Made by a program: the position numbers and the translations under genes
NCBI GenBank assembly: GCA_046597055.1
Contig: JBKJLC010000088.1
Location: 1-14,868, forward strand
Origin: Kofleriaceae bacterium
Lineage (GTDB): Bacteria > Myxococcota_A > Polyangia > Haliangiales > Haliangiaceae
DNA length: 14,868 bases
Direction of reading: 5' to 3'
Notes under the pieces: generated by a model
Seen by the model: only the letters and a program-made list of their open reading frames with translations
Databases searched by the model: none
What the model was told of the DNA's origin: nothing
In this document: positions 6,824-14,026 of the stretch, in pieces
Position numbering within the stretch: position 1 is the stretch's first letter
Layout of the letters: each line of letters opens with the position of its first letter

Positions 6824-8416
6824 TCAGGTGGGCAGGTTCGTGGCAGGTGGGCTGCTGTGGTCACCTGCGCCGGTGTGGTCAGCCGCGCCGGCGTGGTCAG
6901 CCGCGCCGACAAAGTGGGCGAGCTGACGGTTCGACTCGTCGACCAGGTGCCCGGTGCCCGCGGACAGCCCGCGGGCCCGGTCGAGGTTCGTGATCACGAC
7001 GTCGGTGGTGATGAGGGTCAGGATCCAGACGTTGATGAGGAACGTCCCGACCAGCGTGAAGACCGACAGCGCGCCGAAGTCGAGCTGCGAGACCATGGAG
7101 CCGAGCGCCGCGAGCAGGAACACCGCGGTGACCACCATCGCGATCAGGTAGGACGTGCGGGCGCGCTGGGCCGAGGCGATCGCCTGGTCGCGGGTCATCG
7201 GCCGGGCCAGGTCGAAGCCACCGCGGGCGAGGAGGACCGCGGCGACCGTGATGCTGAGGATGGCGGCGACGAACCAGCCGCTGCCGGTGATCTGGTAGGG
7301 GACGAACAGGACGACGTAGACGAACAGCGCGTAGATCGGCGCCGCCATCACCACCAGCCAGCCGGGTGCAGCCGAGCCGGGGAACAAGAACTTGCTGACC
7401 AGCGCGGCCCGGACGAGCCCGGGGATGAGCGACACCGCCTTGGGCGCGAGCGTCATCATCGCTTGCACCGAGTAGATGACGCCCATCAGGAGCACGGCCC
7501 CCTTCTGCTCGGCCCCGGCCCCCTGCGTGAACGCGTCCTCGACGATGCTGCGCATCGGGTAGAGATAGATGACGAAGGGCGCGAGGAAGAACGCGGCCCA
7601 GCCGATCGCGAGCACGCGGCGCTGCCGGCGCCAGTCGGTCCAGCGCTTGAGCTGGACCCAGGCCAGCGCGCAGAACGCGACCTCGGCCAGCAGCGGCACC
7701 GCCTGCAGCCCCCGCATGCTGCGCATGGCCGATTTCATGGCGGGCTCGAGGTCACCGCCGCCGGAGAAGATCTCGATCGTCTTGAGCAGGATCAGCGGGA
7801 CCAGCAGCACCGCCACCGCGAACAGGATCGAGCGGCGCCAGGCGAGGAAGGCCTGGACGGTCGGATCGGTGACGCCGGCCAGCTCGAGCTCGGCGCGCTC
7901 CTGCGGCGTGACCTCATCGGGCTCGATGCGCAGCCGGTAGGCGCGGCGCACCGAGAGATGGAGGAAGGCGCCGAGGCTCTGCGCGCCGGGATCGAATGGC
8001 CCGCTGGAGTCGGCGCGGTACGCCTGCGGGTGCGGCGTCTGATGCAGCGCCGGGAGGGGAAGCCGTCCGCCGGTGGGCGGCGGCCCGGCGGGGCCGGCCG
8101 GCGGGAGCTGAGAGGGTGGCGGAAACGGCGTGGGGCCGGCCGCCGGTGCTGGCGGCAGCTTGGCCGGCTGGGCCGCATGCTGCGGCGGCTGGTACGGCTG
8201 CTGCGCGGGCGGCGGCTGGTACGGCTGCTGCGGGGCGGGCGCCGGCTCGGCGGGCGCCGCATGCGGCGACGGCGGTGGCTGCGGCAGCGGCCCCGCCCCA
8301 TGCAGGGGCTGCGTGCTGGAAGGCGCGTTGGTCCCGCCCTGGGGCCGGCCGCCGAACGGCGGTGGCAACGGCGCCTTGCGATCACCAGGGGGGGCGCCTC
8401 CGCCAGGTGGTTGCAT
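6824..8416 (-). CDS. Hypothetical multi-pass membrane protein with long Pro/Gln-rich N-terminal region
   Basis: About 140 aa of Pro/Gln/Ala-rich low-complexity sequence, then roughly 8 hydrophobic segments (for example 'SILFAVAVLLVPLILL', 'VLAIGWAAFFLAPFVIYLY', 'YLIAMVVTAVFLLAALG'). Starts 12 nt after the asparaginase stop. Confidence 0.8.
   Translation of the reverse strand: MQPPGGGAPPGDRKAPLPPPFGGRPQGGTNAPSSTQPLHGAGPLPQPPPSPHAAPAEPAPAPQQPYQPPPAQQPYQPPQHAAQPAKLPPAPAAGPTPFPPPSQLPPAGPAGPPPTGGRLPLPALHQTPHPQAYRADSSGPFDPGAQSLGAFLHLSVRRAYRLRIEPDEVTPQERAELELAGVTDPTVQAFLAWRRSILFAVAVLLVPLILLKTIEIFSGGGDLEPAMKSAMRSMRGLQAVPLLAEVAFCALAWVQLKRWTDWRRQRRVLAIGWAAFFLAPFVIYLYPMRSIVEDAFTQGAGAEQKGAVLLMGVIYSVQAMMTLAPKAVSLIPGLVRAALVSKFLFPGSAAPGWLVVMAAPIYALFVYVVLFVPYQITGSGWFVAAILSITVAAVLLARGGFDLARPMTRDQAIASAQRARTSYLIAMVVTAVFLLAALGSMVSQLDFGALSVFTLVGTFLINVWILTLITTDVVITNLDRARGLSAGTGHLVDESNRQLAHFVGAADHAGAADHTGAGDHSSPPATNLPT
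6857..6908 (-). repeat. 18-bp tandem repeat (about 3 copies) encoding GA[AG]DH[ATS]
   Basis: GTGGTCA cores at 6857, 6875 and 6893. Protein C-terminus reads GAADHAGAADHTGAGDHS. Confidence 0.65.
8182..8232 (-). repeat. Intragenic 24-bp direct repeat (27-bp period) encoding QQPYQPP twice
   Basis: GCGGCGGCTGGTACGGCTGCTGCG at 8182-8205 and 8209-8232. Confidence 0.6.
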
Positions 8417-8428
8417 GGCCCGAAGATA

Positions 8429-8941
8429 CTACGTCGGCTTGATGAACGTCCCCTGGTCCCGGTCCTTCACGACCCCGGGAAACTGGAGCACTTGCCCGTG
8501 CATGCACAGGTAGACCCCGGGCGCGAGCAGCTGGACCGCGAGCAGGGCCTCGGTGAGGTTCTGGAGGGCGTCGGTCGAGCGCAGCTCGTACGGCCGCATC
8601 GCGCCGGTGAGCACGATCGGGTGGCGCGGCGTGCCGAACAGCGTGACCAGGCGCTCCCCGGTGTGCTGCAGGCGATCGGTGCCGTGCACGATCACCACGC
8701 CATCGGTCGTGCGCGCCAGGCCCTCGGCGGTGGTCGCGATCAGCGTGTGGTCCTCGTCGGACATCTCCAGGCTGTCCTTGTTCATGAGCTGGACCCGTCG
8801 CACCTCGACGCCGCGCAGCTCGAGCGACGCCAGCATGATGTCGAGCACCGACACCTGGTTGGCGAGCAGGCCCGACAGCTCGTCGTAGGTCTTCTCGATG
8901 GTGCCGCCGGTCGAGATGAGCGCGATCGCCTTCTTCTGCAT
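8429..8941 (-). CDS. Short single-domain (about 170 aa) L-asparaginase-family protein
   Basis: Start at ATG 8941 (MQKKAIALISTGGTIEK), 1 nt after the slyX stop. Catalytic motifs TGGTI and HGTD, plus 'KDSLEM', 'IVLTGAMRP' and 'DALQNL'. No signal peptide and no C-terminal domain. Confidence 0.88.
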   Translation of the reverse strand: MQKKAIALISTGGTIEKTYDELSGLLANQVSVLDIMLASLELRGVEVRRVQLMNKDSLEMSDEDHTLIATTAEGLARTTDGVVIVHGTDRLQHTGERLVTLFGTPRHPIVLTGAMRPYELRSTDALQNLTEALLAVQLLAPGVYLCMHGQVLQFPGVVKDRDQGTFIKPT

Positions 8942-8942
8942 G

Positions 8943-9149
8943 TCAGTAGTGGGGCGGGGGCTCGTTGACCGGCTCGAGCGCGGCATCGGCGGTCTCGCGC
9001 AGGTCCTTCAGCGCCTTCTCGGTCGACTCGACCCGCGCGTACAGCGTGCGCACCACGTCGTCGAGCGCCTGGAGCGCGCGGTCCTGGAACGCGAGGCGAA
9101 CCTCGAGGTCGGTGACGACCTCGGCGAGCGAGCGATCATCGACAGCCAT
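8943..9149 (-). CDS. slyX: SlyX family protein
   Basis: 68-aa coiled coil 'LEVRLAFQDRALQALDDVV' with the diagnostic C-terminal EPPPHY. Confidence 0.9.
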   Translation of the reverse strand: MAVDDRSLAEVVTDLEVRLAFQDRALQALDDVVRTLYARVESTEKALKDLRETADAALEPVNEPPPHY

Positions 9150-9158
9150 GCCGTCAAT

Positions 9159-11051
9159 CTACAGCAGGTGCTGGACGAGGAAGAAGCCGCCGACCGCCGC
9201 GGCGGCACACAGCAGCAGCACGATCACGATCCCGAGGCCACCTCCGCCGGCGGCGCCCGGCCCGGCCGCCGTGCGTGCGCGCCGCTCGACCGGCGGCCGC
9301 GGGCCCGGGGTCCCGGTGGCGTCGCCGTGGAACGGATGCGGGTACGACCCGGCGTACGGGTCTGGATGCCCCGGGCCCGGCGAGCCCGGCTGCGGATAGG
9401 CGCCGTCGGGCCGGGGCGCCATGCCCCAGCTCTGCAGGGGCTGGGTGGTCATCACCATCATCGGCCCCGCGCCGGGCGCCAGCGCGGCGCCTGGATGCAG
9501 CGGCGCCTGCGTGGGCGGGTCGTACCGACCGGGCGAGATCGTGGCCGCCTGCGACGGCAGCGGCGCGGCGCCTGCGCCCGGCGGCTGCGCGGGCAACGTC
9601 AGGTACTGGGTCGGGCCCTGACCGCCGGGCGCGGGGTAGCTGGCGGCCGGCGGGTTGCCTGGATCGAACAGCACGGTGCGTGACGCGGCCGCCGCGGCAC
9701 CCGCCGCGGGCGACAGCGTCTGCGGACTGACCGACGGTGCCACGTGCGGGCTCGACGGCGCGATCACGATCGGCGCCGGCATGCCGTGGCCATAGCCGAA
9801 CGACTCCGACGGTGGCGGCCGCTGCGGCGGCGGCTGGCCGACCGCGGTCGTGTGCCGGGGCAGCGCGTGCACCTCGTGCGTCGCCACCACCGCGGCGTCG
9901 TCGACCATCAGCGTGCGCGCCGCGGGCGGGCTCGACGGGGCCCGCGGCGGCGGCTGGCTCGGCGACCGGTTGCGCGCCGGCGACACGCCGATCGCGGTAT
10001 GGGCGCGCAGCTCGACCTCGATCGAGGCCTCGTCGACCATCATCGTCTCGGGCCGCCCCACCACGATCGACGCGGTCAGCGACTCGGCGGTCGGCGCCGG
10101 GCGCGGGCGCGACTGCTGCTCGAACGCCCACTGGATCCAGCCGGCGAGGTCGGCGGAGGTCGCGCGCAGCGCCGGTCGGCGCGCCACCAGCTCGAGCCCG
10201 GCGCGCATCTGGGTCGCGCTCTGGAAGCGTCGCTGCGGCTGTTTGGTCAGGGCCATCGCCACCCAGGCGTCGAGCTCGCGCGGGCAGGTCGGGTTGTGGG
10301 TCGACGGCGGCGGGGGATCCCACCCGGTCACCCGCTGCAGGATCTCCATGTCGTCGCCGCCGGCGAACAGCGGCCGTGCGGTCAGCAGCTCCCACGCCAT
10401 CACGCCGACCGCGAACAGATCGCCACGGGCGTCGACCTGGCCCTGCAGCATCTCGGGCGCCATGTACGCGAACTTGCCCTTGAGCAGCCCGCTCGAGGTC
10501 GCCAGCGTCGCGGTCGAGCCCTTGGCAACGCCGAAGTCGACCAGCTTGGCGGTGCCGTCGTTGGCGATGATCACGTTGGCCGGCGAGATGTCGCGGTGGA
10601 CCAGGCCGAGCGGTCGGCCCTGGTCGTCGCGGAACGTGTGCGCGTACTCGAGCGCGTCGCACAGCTGGAACAGCAGGTTGATCGTCGCCGGCACCGGCAT
10701 CGGGCCGACCACGTTGTGACACTGGCGCAGGACCTCGCGCGCGTCGCGGCCCGGCACCAGCTCCATCGCGATGTAGAAGACGTCGTCGACCTTGCCGAGG
10801 TCGTACGTCTGCGCGATGTTCACGTGCCGGAGCTGGGCGGCGAGCCGCGCCTCGCGCACGAACGACTTCACGTAGTCGGGGTCGGCGGTCAGCCAGGGCA
10901 GGAGCCGCTTGAGCGCGACCGGGCGCTCGAAGCCCTCGATCCCGGTCTTCTTGGCGCGGTGAACGGTCGCCATCCCGCCACGCCCGAGGCATTCGAACAG
11001 CTGGTAGCTGCCGAAGATCTCGCTCGGTTCATCCTGGCGCGGCTCGCGCAT
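9159..11051 (-). CDS. Hanks-type Ser/Thr protein kinase (myxobacterial Pkn type) with Pro-rich linker and C-terminal TM helix
   Basis: LGRGGMATV, VALK, HRDISPAN, DFG and KGKFAYMAPE motifs. Ends in 'GLGIVIVLLLCAAAAVGGFFLVQHLL*'. Start taken at ATG 11051. Confidence 0.93.
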   Translation of the reverse strand: MREPRQDEPSEIFGSYQLFECLGRGGMATVHRAKKTGIEGFERPVALKRLLPWLTADPDYVKSFVREARLAAQLRHVNIAQTYDLGKVDDVFYIAMELVPGRDAREVLRQCHNVVGPMPVPATINLLFQLCDALEYAHTFRDDQGRPLGLVHRDISPANVIIANDGTAKLVDFGVAKGSTATLATSSGLLKGKFAYMAPEMLQGQVDARGDLFAVGVMAWELLTARPLFAGGDDMEILQRVTGWDPPPPSTHNPTCPRELDAWVAMALTKQPQRRFQSATQMRAGLELVARRPALRATSADLAGWIQWAFEQQSRPRPAPTAESLTASIVVGRPETMMVDEASIEVELRAHTAIGVSPARNRSPSQPPPRAPSSPPAARTLMVDDAAVVATHEVHALPRHTTAVGQPPPQRPPPSESFGYGHGMPAPIVIAPSSPHVAPSVSPQTLSPAAGAAAAASRTVLFDPGNPPAASYPAPGGQGPTQYLTLPAQPPGAGAAPLPSQAATISPGRYDPPTQAPLHPGAALAPGAGPMMVMTTQPLQSWGMAPRPDGAYPQPGSPGPGHPDPYAGSYPHPFHGDATGTPGPRPPVERRARTAAGPGAAGGGGLGIVIVLLLCAAAAVGGFFLVQHLL

Positions 11052-11166
11052 ACGCGACCCTTGTATCGCACACACGGCCGGCCGCGTCAGGGGCGGCAAT
11101 TTTCAGCAGAATCACCCGGGTCTAACTCACCGAAACCGCACTGGTCCGGTCGTGGCCTTGTCTTCC

Positions 11167-12042
11167 TCACGGCGTCGACGAGGCCAGGGCGGTCGCCGCC
11201 GCGCGCAGCGCGTCGACCAGGATGTCGACGCGGCGGTGGGTCGTGACCGGACGACGGCGAACGGCGTAGATGGGACGATCTGCGATCGTCGGCTCCTCGC
11301 AGCGGACCAGCCCGCCCTCGACGACCCACGGCCGCGCCAGGATGTCGTAGGCCACGACGCACAGCCCGCCGGTGCGGCACATCTCGAGCGCGGTCCGCTC
11401 GTCTGGCACCCACGCCGCGATCTGGCGGGCCCGATCGGGCGGCCATCCGTCATCCGGCAGCTCGCCGCGCGCTCCGACGACGACCATCGGCGCGGGGGTG
11501 GCGGAGCTGTCAGAGCCCCGATAGGCGGACCGCGACAGGGTCGCGATCCGATCGGCCCGGAGGTCGTCATGCTCCGGCACGGCGGTCACCACCGCAGCGT
11601 CCACGTCGCCGCGCATGAGCTGTGCCGCGATCTCGGCATCTCGCAAGGCCGCGAGCGCGACCCGCAGGCCGGGATAGGCGGCGGCGATCTGGCTGACGGC
11701 GCGCGCCACGATCGCCAGCCCGAGGTCCGGACCGGCGGCCGCAGAGACCACGCCGCGGAGCTCGTTGCCGGCCGCGGCGTTGACGCCTTCGTCGAGCTGC
11801 CGCATGGCATCGCGCACGACCGAGAGGAACGCGCGTCCCGCATCGTTGAGCACGATGCGGTGACCCACGCGATCGAACAAGGTGACGCCGATCTCCTCCT
11901 CGAGCAACCGGACGGAACGTGACAGCGAGGATGCGACCACCCCGAGCTCACGGGCCGCGGTCGGCAGATGCTCGGTCTCCGCGACCGCGCGGAATGCCGG
12001 GAGCCAGTTCCAGACCGCGTGGAGCCGCCGCGTGAAGTGCAT
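11167..12042 (-). CDS. LysR-family transcriptional regulator
   Basis: HTH 'LPAFRAVAETEHLPTAARELGVVASSLSRSVRLLEEEIGVTLFDR...LNDAGRAF' and effector domain 'YPGLRV...LMRGDVDAAV'. Start is ATG 12042 or GTG 12057. Confidence 0.9.
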   Translation of the reverse strand: MHFTRRLHAVWNWLPAFRAVAETEHLPTAARELGVVASSLSRSVRLLEEEIGVTLFDRVGHRIVLNDAGRAFLSVVRDAMRQLDEGVNAAAGNELRGVVSAAAGPDLGLAIVARAVSQIAAAYPGLRVALAALRDAEIAAQLMRGDVDAAVVTAVPEHDDLRADRIATLSRSAYRGSDSSATPAPMVVVGARGELPDDGWPPDRARQIAAWVPDERTALEMCRTGGLCVVAYDILARPWVVEGGLVRCEEPTIADRPIYAVRRRPVTTHRRVDILVDALRAAATALASSTP

Positions 12043-12111
12043 GGCGAGATCCTGCACTTTCCCGCGGGGACGCGCATCGGGCGGCCCCCGTTCAAACCGC
12101 GTGAGTCGGCA

Positions 12112-13524
12112 TCACAAGGTCAGCAGGTACGCGAGCAGGTCGCGCTTCTCCCCCGTCGAGAGGTGGAGCTCGAGCACCAGGTTGAAGAACTCGATCGTAT
12201 CTTCGAGGGTCAGCAGCCGCCCGTCGTGGAAGTAGGGCGGTGACTCCTTGATGCCCCGCAGGGGGAACGTCTTGACGGGGCCGTCGCCGTTGGCGATCAA
12301 CCCGTTGATGATGCGCGGCTCGAAGAAGCGCTCCAGCTGGAGATCGTGCATCTCGTTGTCGCTGAACGCGGGCCCACCGTGGCACGCGGCGCACCGCCCC
12401 TTGCCCTGGAAGACCCGCTGACCCCGCCGCTCGGCTGCGGTCGCATCATCGCCGAGGCGACCGAAGACGTCGAGCTTGGGTGCCGGCGGGAAGTCGAACA
12501 ACCGCTGCATCTCCGCCATGTGTTGCACCTGGCTGGCGCGATCGAGCGGGTTGATCCCCTTGAGTGCCGCCTTGTCGATGTCACCGTCGAAGTACGCGGC
12601 GCGCTGCTCGAACTCGGTGAAGTCCTCGATCGACATGAGCGCCCGCTGTGAGCCGAACAGCTCCTGGACGCGCACGCCGCGCAAGGACGGCGTCTCGATC
12701 CGGTTGCGGTGCTCCTGCGGCCGGATATCGCCGACGAGGTGCGTCGCGCCGTTGGAGTGACCGTTGACGTGGCAGTCGAGACACGCGACTCCCATGCTCG
12801 GCTCGCACGACCGGCGGTCGTCGATGAGGTTGAACTGCTGCTGTGCGAACGGAACGACCAGCAGTCGGAGGCCGTCGAGATCTTTTGCGTTCAGCTTGTC
12901 CTTGAAGAGCCGATAGAAGTTGTGGGTCGTGACCACCTCGCCCTGTGAGACGTCACCGAGATCAGGTCGGGTGGTCAGGAAGATCGCCGGGGGGAACTCG
13001 GGGAGCAGGTGGTTCGGGAGGTCGAAATCGAGATCGAACCGCTCGAGATCACGGCCGGTCTGGGCGAACACCTCGTCGATGTGTGCCCGCGGAAACAGCA
13101 TGCCGCCCTCCTCCTGCTTGGGGTGGGGCAGCGGCATGAAGCCCTGAGGAAAGACATCGAGCGCCTTGATCTCTGCCGGCGTCATGTCGGCGAGTGATTG
13201 CCAGGTGTGGCCCGCCGGCAACCGAACCCGGGTGCCCGACTGGACCGGCCGGCCCCGGGTCATCGCCACGTTGCTGGGGATGTCACCGAGGTCGTAGCGC
13301 GCCTGGAGTAGCGCGAGCTGTTCCGCCATCACCGCTGGCTTGTCAGCGGTAAGGCGCGCCTTGGTCTCCTCGAACGTCTCGCCGGCAGGCGCGGACGGCG
13401 CTGCCGGGACGGCGGGATCGGTATCACTCTGTTCGAACGCATTCGAATCGGGGGACCCGTCTTGACAGGACGCGAGCAGCACCGCCGAAGCGCACCACCA
13501 CCACCAACCATGAACCATCGACAT
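12112..13524 (-). CDS. Di-heme cytochrome c peroxidase/MauG-superfamily lipoprotein, atypical subfamily
   Basis: Two CxxCH motifs (CLDCH 12769-12783, CAACH 12379-12393), 'ERRGQRVFQGKGRC', 'TFPLRGIKESPPYFHDGRLLTLED' and 'EKRDLLAYLLTL'. Lipobox LASC and GAGGAG RBS upstream of ATG 13524. Confidence 0.85.
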   Translation of the reverse strand: MSMVHGWWWWCASAVLLASCQDGSPDSNAFEQSDTDPAVPAAPSAPAGETFEETKARLTADKPAVMAEQLALLQARYDLGDIPSNVAMTRGRPVQSGTRVRLPAGHTWQSLADMTPAEIKALDVFPQGFMPLPHPKQEEGGMLFPRAHIDEVFAQTGRDLERFDLDFDLPNHLLPEFPPAIFLTTRPDLGDVSQGEVVTTHNFYRLFKDKLNAKDLDGLRLLVVPFAQQQFNLIDDRRSCEPSMGVACLDCHVNGHSNGATHLVGDIRPQEHRNRIETPSLRGVRVQELFGSQRALMSIEDFTEFEQRAAYFDGDIDKAALKGINPLDRASQVQHMAEMQRLFDFPPAPKLDVFGRLGDDATAAERRGQRVFQGKGRCAACHGGPAFSDNEMHDLQLERFFEPRIINGLIANGDGPVKTFPLRGIKESPPYFHDGRLLTLEDTIEFFNLVLELHLSTGEKRDLLAYLLTL

Positions 13525-13557
13525 TAGCTCTCTCCTCGCACGTTGATGAATCGCACC

Positions 13558-13872
13558 TCAGCACGACACATGCCACCTGCAGCGTTGCGTCGACGACAAC
13601 GAGGTCATCGACGAAATCGAACGTCGCATCGGCAACTCGACCAGATCTCGCGCGGAGCCCCGGTTCACCGCGTCCGTATGACGTCGAACCTCGCGTTCGA
13701 AATTCGAGATTGTGCGCGGCGACAGCCCGACGTGCGCACGGGCTCGGCCGGAGTGGAACTCGCTCAGGTACGCCGCCGCGGCGACGTCCGCGACCGTGAT
13801 CGGCTGATCGAGGCGGTCGGCGATGAACGCGAGCGCCCGCTCGACCTGGATCCGATGGGCGTGCCCGGTCAC
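13558..13872 (-). pseudogene. Truncated or internally deleted AraC-family regulator remnant
   Basis: 'RIQVERALAFIADRLDQPITVADVAAAAYLSEFH' is a typical first AraC HTH. It continues 'SGRARAHVGLSPR' and then non-homologous sequence to a stop. No intact second HTH or effector domain. Confidence 0.65.
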
Positions 13873-14026
13873 CCGTCGATGGGCCGGCGCCGGTCCGGAT
13901 TGGGCTTCGGCGCGTCCGGTGCGGTGGCGGCGTCCGACCAATGTCAACCCATCGGACTTGGTGTGGAGTTCGTTCGGGCAGTTCGATAGGATGGTGCGGG
14001 GAACTGGCCTCCACGCAAGGGTGTCC

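Noticed and set aside
13494..13510. (TGG)4 run giving WWWW in the cytochrome signal peptide, as an attenuator or phase-variable tract
   Set aside because: Short in-frame triplet run inside the signal peptide of a long gene. Slippage would not shift the frame and there is no leader-peptide or terminator layout.
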